From NCBI GenBank assembly GCA_948465965.1, contig CAOJYR010000006.1, forward strand, positions 1-62,255: a stretch of 62,255 bases of DNA, written 5' to 3'. Below the pieces are notes generated by a model, which made no database searches, had not been told where the DNA came from, and saw nothing but the letters and a program-made list of their open reading frames with translations. Made by a program: the position numbers and the translations under genes. The DNA is from an uncultured Mycoplasmatota bacterium (GTDB lineage: Bacteria > Bacillota_I > Bacilli_A > RF39 > UBA660). Shown here one piece after another: positions 10,873-19,392 of the stretch (position 1 is its first letter; each line of letters begins with the position of its first letter).

Positions 10873-11027
10873 GTTTATAAACTTGTAAAACAAGATAAGT
10901 AATCTATTTCAAAGTAAATAATTGGTTAGAAGAATATAATTTTTTTCTAATCTTTTTCTTTTGTATTTGTAAAAAGTATAGTTTGTAATAAATTGTTTCT
11001 TCTGCTATAGTTTATCTACTTATTCGA

Positions 11028-11974
11028 ATGAGTCAAACTATTGGGAGGAATAAAGTGTTAAAATTAAGAAATTATAAGTACAACTCATTATACGACTTTA
11101 AAGTAACAAAAAAAGATGCTGTAGAAATATCTAAACTAAAACCAGGAGAAAAACCATCTATCCTATCAGATACAATGTTTAAAACTATGTGTTATAATGA
11201 TAGTAGGTTAAAGTATTCAGCTAAGTTTTATCATATTACTTAGATATTGAATATGGAGACTTACTAAATAATATTAAATTATCAAAAGGAGAATTAGATA
11301 AAAATAAAGAAAGAAATAAAGGGGAAAGATGTGATTATGTTGCGATAGTGAATGATATTAAGATAAATATAGAAATAAATAATAATAGTAGTAAAGAAGT
11401 ACTAGAGCGAAATATGGAATATGCGCATAGACTATATGCAAGCAAAGTAAAGATAGGTAGTAATTATACATATAAACAGGTAATCCAGTTCAATCTAAAT
11501 AATTTCTCATTCGCTGGTAATGATAAAATAATAGATATTTATATGATAAAAAATGATGCAGGGATAGTATTAAATGATAAGTTAATATTTATTCAAATCT
11601 ATATTCCAAATTTAAGACGAAAATGGTATACTAGTGGCATACAAAGACTAAGTGAAGAAGAAAGATATGCACTAGGATTAATAGAGCCAGATATTCTAAC
11701 TTCAAAAGAATTAGGAGGAGATTTGGAGATTATGGAAGAATATATAAAAGAAGTAGAAGAAATAGTAGAAGATGAGTTTTTCGGAGAAAGTTATGACAAG
11801 GAATGGGCATGGAAGGATTTAGGTAAACAAGAAGGAATAAAAGAAGGGTCTAGAGATAAAGCCAAAGAAATAGCTAAAGCGATGTTAAAAAAGAAAATCG
11901 ATATAGAAATAATTGCAGAGTGCACAGACCTAGCAATAGAAGAAATAGAATCTTTAAAACAAAATGAAAGTTAG
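11028..11974 (+). pseudogene. Rpn / PD-(D/E)XK nuclease-family putative transposase, disrupted by a frameshift
   Basis: Two ORFs (11028-11243 and 11348-11974) together encode one protein of about 315 aa of the PDDEXK_2/Rpn type (...ERCDYVAIVNDIKINIEIN..., acidic C-terminal tail). The downstream frame is already open from 11225, so the frames overlap at a T4 run (11226-11229). Restoring one T gives ...SAKFLSYYLDIEYGDLL... Confidence 0.7.
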
Positions 11975-11976
11975 TC

Positions 11977-12005
11977 TTGAAAATGGGCCAAAAAAATTAT
12001 ATAAT
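11977..12005 (+). promoter_or_regulatory. sigmaA-type promoter of the hisS-aspS leader
   Basis: TTGAAA (11977-11982), 17-nt spacer, TATAAT (12000-12005). Confidence 0.6.
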
Positions 12006-12011
12006 AAACTT

Positions 12012-12203
12012 GACTTCTAGCAAGAGGAGTAATTAAGGGTTTAATTGTAGAGAGAATATGTAAGGTGAAAATATTTATTAAATAATTAATGAAGACACTT
12101 GCAATAAAAGAAGACGTGTGACTACGTTATAAGTATTAAGAGTATAAAATAAGGTGGCACCACAGGATTACCTGTCCTTAGTTGTAGCCATCTTTTTATT
12201 TTT
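12012..12203 (+). promoter_or_regulatory. T-box riboswitch leader (candidate Asp specifier) with terminator
   Basis: AGAGA box (about 12049), GGTGAAA distal-loop element (12064-12070) and candidate specifier loop GAA-GAC-A (12091-12097). The conserved T-box sequence is AAGGTGGCACCAC (12151-12163). An imperfect hairpin follows, ending in TCTTTTTATTTTT (12191-12203) just before the hisS SD. Confidence 0.75.
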
Positions 12204-12216
12204 AAGGAGGAAAATT

Positions 12217-13569
12217 ATGATACAAAAACCTAAAGGATGCAACGACATTTATGGAAGAGAAGCAAAAATTTGGAAATATGTAGAAAGTATAATTGATGCG
12301 ACTATGGAAAAATACAACTATAACTACATAAGAACCCCAATATTTGAATCTACTGATCTTTTCCATAGAGGAGTAGGAGAAACTACTGATATTGTTACGA
12401 AAGAAAGCTATGACTTTGAAGATAAAGGCGGAAGAAAAATCACGCTTAGACCTGAAGGTACAGCGGGAGTTGTTAGAAGTTTTATCGAAAATAAAATGTA
12501 TGGTGATCCTAATCAGCCAGTAAAGGTATATTATAATGGAACAATGTACCGTTATGAACGTCCCCAATCAGGGCGTGATCGTGAGCTTACACAGTTTGGT
12601 ATGGAAATACTAGGAAGCGATGATCCTATGAGCGATGCTGAAATTATATCTGCTGCAGTAAATATTTATAAAATGTTAGGGTTAAAGGAAATTAAGGTCA
12701 ATTTAAACTCACTAGGTGATAAAGAATCACGTGAAAATTATAGGAAGGCTTTAATCAATTATTTTAAACCACACATTAACGAGCTTTGTGAGGATTGTAA
12801 AGAAAGACTTGAAAAAAATCCTCTAAGAATTTTAGATTGCAAAGTTGATGCTGAAAATGAGATTCTAAAGAATGCGCCAAAGACATTAGACTATTTAAAT
12901 GAAGAAAGTCGTGATAGATTTGAGCAAGTACAAGAATTCCTAGATATTATGCAAATTAATTATGAAATAAACCCAAGTATAGTTCGAGGTCTTGACTATT
13001 ATAATCATACTGTATTTGAAATTGAAGCTAAAGTAGAGGGCTTTGGATCGAATAATGTTATCGGTGCAGGTGGAAGATACAATGGTCTAGTTGATCAATT
13101 AGATGGTCCAAAAACACCATGTGTTGGTTTTGCGAGTGGAATTGGACGTGTTGTGATGGCATTAGAACTAGAAAAAGTACATTTTCCAATAATAGAAAAT
13201 ATCGATTTATTCCTAATGTATGTAAATGACGAAGAAAAGAAATATGCGGCTTACTTAACGCAAGAATTACGCATGGCCGGATTCATCGTTGATACTGATT
13301 ATTTAGGAAGAAGTCTAAAAGCACAATTTAAACAAGCAGATAGATTAAATGCCAAATATACTGCTATACTTAATAGTGAAGATTTAGATAATAACGAAAT
13401 AAAGATAAAAAATAATAAAACAAAAGAAGAAGAAATTATAAGTTTAGATGCCCTAATTTATTATTTAGATGAAAAATTATCATCAGAAACAGAAGAATAT
13501 GATGGATGTTCTTGTGGCGAATGTAATGGAGATTGTGATGACGAATGTAGTTGTCACCATCATGAGTAG
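12217..13569 (+). CDS. hisS: histidine--tRNA ligase with a Cys/His-rich C-terminal tail
   Basis: Class II HisRS motifs (KGCNDIYG, LRPEGTAGVVR, MYRYERPQSGRDREL, GGGRYNGL). ATG 12217 is preceded by AAGGAGG. The GTG at 12154 in the ORF track lies inside the T-box and was not used. Confidence 0.9.
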   Translation: MIQKPKGCNDIYGREAKIWKYVESIIDATMEKYNYNYIRTPIFESTDLFHRGVGETTDIVTKESYDFEDKGGRKITLRPEGTAGVVRSFIENKMYGDPNQPVKVYYNGTMYRYERPQSGRDRELTQFGMEILGSDDPMSDAEIISAAVNIYKMLGLKEIKVNLNSLGDKESRENYRKALINYFKPHINELCEDCKERLEKNPLRILDCKVDAENEILKNAPKTLDYLNEESRDRFEQVQEFLDIMQINYEINPSIVRGLDYYNHTVFEIEAKVEGFGSNNVIGAGGRYNGLVDQLDGPKTPCVGFASGIGRVVMALELEKVHFPIIENIDLFLMYVNDEEKKYAAYLTQELRMAGFIVDTDYLGRSLKAQFKQADRLNAKYTAILNSEDLDNNEIKIKNNKTKEEEIISLDALIYYLDEKLSSETEEYDGCSCGECNGDCDDECSCHHHE

Positions 13570-13581
13570 GTAGGTGGAATT

Positions 13582-14895
13582 ATGAAAAAAATAAAACAAT
13601 TAAATGAATATTTTGGTGAAGAGGTTGTTATTAGTGGATTTGTAGATGAAATCAGAAATCTTAAATGGGTACAATTTATAGTACTAAGAGATGAAACTGG
13701 AAAAGTACAAATTACTATTGAAAAGAGTGAAGAGGCTAACAAGGAATTAGTAGAAATCGTTGATAACTTAACAATTGAATCAACTTTAAAAATAACAGGT
13801 AAAGTAGTAGAATCTCCTAAGGTAAAATTAAATGGAATGGAAATTATTCCTAGCAAGATAGAAATTACTAGCGTAAACAAAGGAGAACTTCCCTTTAATT
13901 ATAAAGACATTTCCACAGTTAACTTAGATACTAGACTAGATTATAGATATATTGACCTTAGAAGTGAAAAGAATATTTTAATGTTTCAGATCCAAAGTAC
14001 TATAGTAAGATACATGAGAGAATACTTATATAATAATGGATTTACTGAAATTCATACTCCTAAATTATTAGGTGCGGCTAGTGAATCTGGATCTGAAGTA
14101 TTTGAAGTTAAATATTTTGATAGATCTGCCTATCTTGCTCAAAGCCCGCAATTTTATAAGCAAATGGCACTAGCTAGTGGTTTTGGTAAAATATTTGAAG
14201 TAGCACCTTGCTTTAGAGCAGAAAATTCTAACACATCCCGTCATGCAACTGAATTTACTTCATTTGATGTAGAGTTTGCATATATAGATAATTTTAATGA
14301 TGTAATGGATTTAGAAGCTAATATGCTTGCCTACGCACTAGAAAAAACAAGCGAGATCTATAAAGAAAAAATAAAAGAAATTTTCGGTACTGAAATTGTT
14401 GTACCAAAAACACCATTCCCTAAAATGAGACTTACAGATATTTATAAAGAATTAGAAGAAAGATACGATTATAAAATAGAGGAAAGCGAAAAGACCGATT
14501 TAACCACTGAAGCAGAAAGACTTTGCTTTAAATTAGCAAAAGATAAATTTGATAGCGAGTTTTTATTTGTAATAGACTTTCCTGCTGAAAAAAGAGCATT
14601 CTATCATATGCGAGATGAAAATGGAATTCTTCAAGGGTATGATCTTATCTGGAGAGGGGTAGAAATTACAACAGGCGCCCAAAGGGAGCATAGATATGAA
14701 GAGATTGTCAAAAACGCAAAAGAAAAAGGTCTTGGAGAAGATGTTAAATTTTATTTAGATTTCTTTAAACATGGCTGCCCACCACATGGAGGTTTTGCAA
14801 TAGGTGTTGATCGTCTTACAATGTTACTTCTAGGAATTCCAAGTGTAAAAGAAACACAATTCCTATTTAGAGGCCCAAATAGACTTAATCCATAA
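13582..14895 (+). CDS. aspS: aspartate--tRNA ligase, short archaeal/type-2 form
   Basis: 437 aa class IIb enzyme. QSPQFYKQ (AspRS signature, unlike the SGQL of AsnRS), FRAENSNTSRHATEF motif 2, GGFAIGVDRL motif 3 and a ...NRLNP C-terminus. There is no GAD insertion domain. It has the hisS-aspS operon position. Confidence 0.8.
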   Translation: MKKIKQLNEYFGEEVVISGFVDEIRNLKWVQFIVLRDETGKVQITIEKSEEANKELVEIVDNLTIESTLKITGKVVESPKVKLNGMEIIPSKIEITSVNKGELPFNYKDISTVNLDTRLDYRYIDLRSEKNILMFQIQSTIVRYMREYLYNNGFTEIHTPKLLGAASESGSEVFEVKYFDRSAYLAQSPQFYKQMALASGFGKIFEVAPCFRAENSNTSRHATEFTSFDVEFAYIDNFNDVMDLEANMLAYALEKTSEIYKEKIKEIFGTEIVVPKTPFPKMRLTDIYKELEERYDYKIEESEKTDLTTEAERLCFKLAKDKFDSEFLFVIDFPAEKRAFYHMRDENGILQGYDLIWRGVEITTGAQREHRYEEIVKNAKEKGLGEDVKFYLDFFKHGCPPHGGFAIGVDRLTMLLLGIPSVKETQFLFRGPNRLNP

Positions 14896-14903
14896 TATAT
14901 AAA

Positions 14904-14934
14904 AACAGTTACTCGAAAGTAACTGTTTTAATTT
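14904..14934 (+). terminator. rho-independent terminator of hisS-aspS
   Basis: 10-bp perfect stem AACAGTTACT/AGTAACTGTT, loop CGAA, T-rich tail. Confidence 0.8.
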
Positions 14935-15036
14935 GTAAACTAGTAGTTGTGCTATAAATTAGTAGCTGTTATACTTTAATTAGGAATATTTAATAAGTTG
15001 GGTGGAGCCAAACTTTATATGAAGGGAGGCGATAAT

Positions 15037-15120
15037 ATGAGTAAGAAAGATTTTTTAATTTTTTCTCAAATCATGATTATTTTCCCTTCGTTATTATTGT
15101 TATTTATAACTTTAATATAA
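15037..15120 (+). CDS. 27-aa hydrophobic peptide (MSKKDFLIFSQIMIIFPSLLLLFITLI), candidate small membrane peptide or type I toxin-like
   Basis: SD GAAGGGAGG lies 7 nt upstream of the ATG. A candidate extended -10 (TGTTATACT, 14967-14975) is upstream and a dedicated terminator hairpin is downstream. Too short for the ORF track. Confidence 0.4.
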   Translation: MSKKDFLIFSQIMIIFPSLLLLFITLI

Positions 15121-15170
15121 AAGAAATCCACCTAACTCATCCAATGATTTAAGTGGAACCAAACTCAATT

Positions 15171-15214
15171 GGTAACACTCAACATGGCATATTAAGTGTT
15201 CCATTTTTATTTTA
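15171..15214 (+). terminator. long imperfect hairpin plus T-run ending the small-peptide unit
   Basis: GGTAACACTCAACATG / CATATTAAGTGTTCC arms (15171-15202) followed by ATTTTTATTTT. Confidence 0.6.
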
Positions 15215-15258
15215 TGCAAGTTTCCTTGACACATTCATAATACCATAGCATTACGCAT

Positions 15259-15287
15259 TTGTCAAAAAGACTTAAATATGGTATAAT
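15259..15287 (+). promoter_or_regulatory. sigmaA-type promoter of mtaB
   Basis: TTGTCA, 17 nt, TATAAT, with TG at the extended -10 position. Confidence 0.55.
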
Positions 15288-15320
15288 TTGTAGCGAAACG
15301 AAAAGAGGCAGTGATAGTGT

Positions 15321-16592
15321 ATGAAGTCAGTCGGAATATTAACCTTAGGATGTAAAGTAAATACTTATGAAAGTGAATATGTAATGAACCTTTTAAAGAA
15401 TGCAGGGTATGAGATAAAGGATTTTAATGATACGTGTGATGTTTATATAATAAATACATGTACAGTAACTAATACATCTGATATTAAATCAAGAAAAATG
15501 ATCAGAAAAGCTATCAAGAAAAATCCATTTGCATGTGTTGTAGCGATGGGATGTTTTATAGAAGCAAACAAAGAGTATAATATTGAAGGACTAGATATAG
15601 TTATTGGTAACAAAGACAAGTCAAAGATAGTGGAACTATTAGATGAGTATTTTAAAAAACAAGAACAAATAAGAAAAATTTATAATGATGTAAAAATTGA
15701 TTTCGAAGATATGAATATAGAAAAATTCCCAGGAAGAACTAGAGCTTTTGTTAAAATACAAGATGGTTGCGAAAACTTTTGTAGTTACTGTATAATCCCT
15801 TTTGTTAGGGGAAAATGCAGAAGCAAAAACAAAGATAAAGTGATAGAAGAAATAACATCCCTAGTAAATAACAATTATTATGAAGTAGTATTAACAGGAA
15901 TTCATACTGGAAATTATGGAGTAGATCTAGATACTAATTTTGCAGAATTACTAAAAGAAATTGTAAAAATAAAAGGGCTTAAAAGACTAAGAATTTCATC
16001 AATCGAAATAACAGAATTAACAGAAGAAGTTTTAAGTGTTATTAAGGAAAACGAAATAATAGTAGACCACTTACACATTCCTCTTCAAGCAGGAAGCAAT
16101 GAGGTTTTAAAATTAATGAACAGAAAATATGATTTAGACTACTTCTTTAATAAAATAGATACCATTAGAAAAATAAGGCCTAATATTTCTATAACTACTG
16201 ATGTTATAGTAGGCTTCCCAGGTGAGACAGAAGAAATGTTTGAAAAAACAATAGAAACTTGTAAAAAAATAGGGTTCACTAAAATCCACGTATTCCCATA
16301 TAGCGAAAGAAAAGGGACAAAAGCTGTTGAATTACCTAATCATATCGAGCCAAATGAAAAGAAAAGAAGAGCCAGAAAACTATTAGAAGTATCAAAAGAA
16401 TTAGAAATAAGTTATTACCAGAAGCATTTAAACAAAGAAGTAGAAGTATTAATAGAAGAGTATAAAGATGGATATAGTTTAGGTCATACAGGTAATTATT
16501 TACCAGTAAAAGTAAATAAGAAATTAGACCATAATACATTTGTAAAAGTAACTATAAAAGAGATCGAATATCCTTATTGTATTGCCGAATAA
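15321..16592 (+). CDS. mtaB: radical-SAM methylthiotransferase, MtaB/YqeV-type (MiaB family)
   Basis: N-terminal UPF0004 domain (LTLGCKVNTYESE), radical SAM CENFCSYCIIP and a C-terminal TRAM-like region. At 423 aa the size fits MtaB rather than MiaB. Confidence 0.75.
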   Translation: MKSVGILTLGCKVNTYESEYVMNLLKNAGYEIKDFNDTCDVYIINTCTVTNTSDIKSRKMIRKAIKKNPFACVVAMGCFIEANKEYNIEGLDIVIGNKDKSKIVELLDEYFKKQEQIRKIYNDVKIDFEDMNIEKFPGRTRAFVKIQDGCENFCSYCIIPFVRGKCRSKNKDKVIEEITSLVNNNYYEVVLTGIHTGNYGVDLDTNFAELLKEIVKIKGLKRLRISSIEITELTEEVLSVIKENEIIVDHLHIPLQAGSNEVLKLMNRKYDLDYFFNKIDTIRKIRPNISITTDVIVGFPGETEEMFEKTIETCKKIGFTKIHVFPYSERKGTKAVELPNHIEPNEKKRRARKLLEVSKELEISYYQKHLNKEVEVLIEEYKDGYSLGHTGNYLPVKVNKKLDHNTFVKVTIKEIEYPYCIAE

Positions 16593-16621
16593 ATTTTGTT
16601 AAGATAAGTATAGAAAGAAGA

Positions 16622-16843
16622 ATGCATATGAATAATTTTGAATTTCAAAAACTAATGAATGTAAAAAAAGAAGAGGAAGAAGAAAAGATAACTAGAGAAA
16701 AACCAGTGATTTATGATAACGATATTACGATAGATAATAAGAACAAGGACCCCAAAGAATCATTAACTATAGAAGAAATTAATGAGCAAAGAGCCTTTAA
16801 AAATCAACTAAATAATATAAATATAAAACAGCAAAACAAATAA
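16622..16843 (+). CDS. small acidic hypothetical protein
   Basis: 73-aa ORF from ATG 16622 between mtaB and recD2. Low complexity, weak SD. The upstream TTG extension overlaps the mtaB end. Confidence 0.3.
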   Translation: MHMNNFEFQKLMNVKKEEEEEKITREKPVIYDNDITIDNKNKDPKESLTIEEINEQRAFKNQLNNINIKQQNK

Positions 16844-16858
16844 AAACAGGAGGACCAG

Positions 16859-19051
16859 ATGGGAAAATATATTAAAGGAAATTATCGTAAAAGTATCTAT
16901 CAAAACGGGAATGGTTACCATATAGGTATATTTAAAGTGAAAGAGGCAAATTCCGATGATTTATTAGAATATGTAGATAGAACGATAACCTTCACTGGAT
17001 ATTTTCATGAACTAAACGATATGGATACCTATCTTTTTTATGGGAACTTAGTTACCCATCCCAAATATGGAGAACAATTTGCTGTAGAAAGTTATGAAAG
17101 ATGTAAGCCAGAAGAAAAAGATTCAATAGTAGAATTTTTAACAAGTGGACTATTTAAAGGAATAGGAGAAAAGAAAGCTAAAGCAATCGTAGATGTTTTA
17201 GGAAAAGATACACTAAATATTATTTTAGAAAATCCTAATAATCTATTATTAATTCCTACAATTACAAAAGTAAATGTTGATACACTTCATAACAAACTAA
17301 AAGAATATGAAGCTAGTTATGAAACGATTTTGTACTTATCTGATTTAGGCTTTGGAACAAAAGATTCTATGTTAATATATAATTATTACAAGGAGCAAAC
17401 AAAAAAAGCAATAGAAGAAGACATCTACACATTAATAAAAAACATTAATGAACTATCCTTTAAGAAAGTAGATCGTATTGCTTTAAAATCAGGCTTAGAA
17501 AAAGACTCACTAATCAGAGTCAAAGCAAGTATCCTCTATATAATGGAAGAATTAAGTAACTTATATGGACACAGTTATTTTCATAAAGAAGAAATATCCT
17601 CTTTTCTTCCTAGAGTATTATTAACGACAATAAAAGAAGAACTATATGAAGAAGCACTAAATAATTTGGAAATAAATTTAGAAATTGTAAAAAAAGAAGA
17701 GAAGTATTATTTAAAAGATATGTATGATTCAGAATGCTTAATCACAAAAAGAATAAGATTACTGGCAAATAAGGAAGATTTAAAAATAAAAAATATAGAT
17801 ACTAAAATCTCCGAACTAGAAAGTTTCTTTGAAATAAAATATAACGAAGATCAACGAAAAGCTATAAAAACAAGTATTTTAAAAAACTTTTTAATCATAA
17901 CTGGTGGTCCTGGTACAGGAAAAACGACCATTATGAAAGGTATAACAGAACTATATAGACAAGTAAATAAACTGTCTTTAGAAAAACTAAATGACAAGCT
18001 AGCGCTTCTTGCGCCAACAGGTCGTGCCGCCAAAAGAATGAGTGAGACAACACTTCTGAAAGCATCAACCATACATAGATTTTTAAAATGGCAAAAAGAA
18101 ACAAATAAATTTCAAGTAAACGAGTATAATAAAAGTAAAGTAGAATTAGTAGTCATTGATGAAGCAAGTATGATTGATACATACTTAATGGCTAGCCTTT
18201 TAAAAGGAATAAGTGCTAACTGTAAGATTATCATGGTAGGAGATGCTTATCAATTACCATCAGTTGGTCCAGGACAAGTATTGCATGATTTGATTTATAG
18301 TGAACGTTTGCCAGTAGTTGAGTTAAAAGAATTATACCGCCAAGGAAAAGATTCTAATATTTTAACACTTGCTTATGATATTAGAGAGGGTCGAGTAAAC
18401 CAAAAGATTTTTAACAAATCAAGCGATTTAACCTTTATAGAATGTAAAGATAGTGAAGTCATAGAAAATATAAAACAAATTTCTACAACCTATAAAGACT
18501 TATCATATAAAAATTTTCAAATACTAGCACCAATGTATAAAACATTAAATGGAATTGATGCTATAAATAATAGTATCCAAACCATTTTTAATGGAAAGTC
18601 TAAAACAAAAAAAGAACTTATAGTTGGAGAGACTATCTTTAGAGAAGGAGATAAAGTCATTGAGCTTTCAAACATGCCTGAGGAAAATATCTATAATGGT
18701 GATATAGGCATAATTTCTAAAATAGTAAAATCACCAAAAAAGGAAATATATATTGATTTTGATTCAAATATCGTGAAATTTACCCCAGCTAATTTTAATA
18801 AGTTTAGGCTTGCTTATGCGATATCAATTCATAAAGCACAAGGTAGTGAATTTGATGTTGTAATCATACCAATAGTAAAAAATTATAATAAAATGTTGTA
18901 TCGAAAGCTTATTTATACTGGAGTAACTAGAAGTAAAAAAACATTATATCTAATAGGGGATGTGAAAGCATTAGAAATAGCAGTTGATAATACTATTTCT
19001 GATATTAGAAGAACCACAATAAAAGATTTTTTAATTAATGGTATAAAATAA
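16859..19051 (+). CDS. recD2: ATP-dependent RecD-like DNA helicase (RecD2/YrrC, SF1B)
   Basis: 730 aa. Walker A GGPGTGKTT, DEASM, and the GDAYQLPSVGPG and IHKAQGSEF motifs. SD AGGAGG upstream. Confidence 0.85.
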   Translation: MGKYIKGNYRKSIYQNGNGYHIGIFKVKEANSDDLLEYVDRTITFTGYFHELNDMDTYLFYGNLVTHPKYGEQFAVESYERCKPEEKDSIVEFLTSGLFKGIGEKKAKAIVDVLGKDTLNIILENPNNLLLIPTITKVNVDTLHNKLKEYEASYETILYLSDLGFGTKDSMLIYNYYKEQTKKAIEEDIYTLIKNINELSFKKVDRIALKSGLEKDSLIRVKASILYIMEELSNLYGHSYFHKEEISSFLPRVLLTTIKEELYEEALNNLEINLEIVKKEEKYYLKDMYDSECLITKRIRLLANKEDLKIKNIDTKISELESFFEIKYNEDQRKAIKTSILKNFLIITGGPGTGKTTIMKGITELYRQVNKLSLEKLNDKLALLAPTGRAAKRMSETTLLKASTIHRFLKWQKETNKFQVNEYNKSKVELVVIDEASMIDTYLMASLLKGISANCKIIMVGDAYQLPSVGPGQVLHDLIYSERLPVVELKELYRQGKDSNILTLAYDIREGRVNQKIFNKSSDLTFIECKDSEVIENIKQISTTYKDLSYKNFQILAPMYKTLNGIDAINNSIQTIFNGKSKTKKELIVGETIFREGDKVIELSNMPEENIYNGDIGIISKIVKSPKKEIYIDFDSNIVKFTPANFNKFRLAYAISIHKAQGSEFDVVIIPIVKNYNKMLYRKLIYTGVTRSKKTLYLIGDVKALEIAVDNTISDIRRTTIKDFLINGIK

Positions 19052-19086
19052 AAAAATAACACCATAATAGAAGTAGAGGTGATTAT

Positions 19087-19254
19087 ATGGAAAAGAAAAC
19101 AAAAAAGAAAGTTATGATGGCTGCTGTTTTAGGAGGAATGGGAATGGCAGGTTATATGTATATGAAGAAAAATCCTGATGCTATTGATAATATGAAAGAC
19201 ATGGCAAAGGATGTAGCCAAAGCCACTTATAACAAATTAGAAGATATTGACTAA
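19087..19254 (+). CDS. small membrane-anchored protein (55 aa)
   Basis: MEKKTKKKVMMAAVLGGMGMAGYMYM... has one TM segment plus an amphipathic tail. SD AGAGGTGA upstream. A hairpin and T-run (about 19255-19285) follow. Not in the ORF track because it is under 60 aa. Confidence 0.45.
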   Translation: MEKKTKKKVMMAAVLGGMGMAGYMYMKKNPDAIDNMKDMAKDVAKATYNKLEDID

Positions 19255-19392
19255 AGCGCTTAATAGTAAGCTCTTTTTTATTGCTATTATTTTTTTAAAC
19301 AGTAATTTGTCAAAAATAGTAAAGTTTATTTGAAAAAGTCTTGATTTTTCGTTATAATAATTAATAGCTTAAGTATTAGGAGTGATAATAAC

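Noticed and set aside
11028-11974. An active insertion sequence or transposon at the Rpn-like gene.
   Set aside because: No terminal inverted repeats or target duplications were seen around it. The gene itself is frameshifted, and the Rpn family is not a classical IS transposase.
12096-12098. CAC (His) as the T-box specifier codon for a hisS leader.
   Set aside because: CAC is followed by U rather than the conserved purine. The T-box UGGC bulge predicts a G73 discriminator, which fits tRNA-Asp and not tRNA-His. It is kept only as a possible overlapping second codon.
12154-12216. Upstream GTG start for hisS given by the ORF track.
   Set aside because: The extension overlaps the conserved T-box sequence and terminator. 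ATG 12217 has a perfect AAGGAGG, and the protein aligns with HisRS from MIQKPKG.
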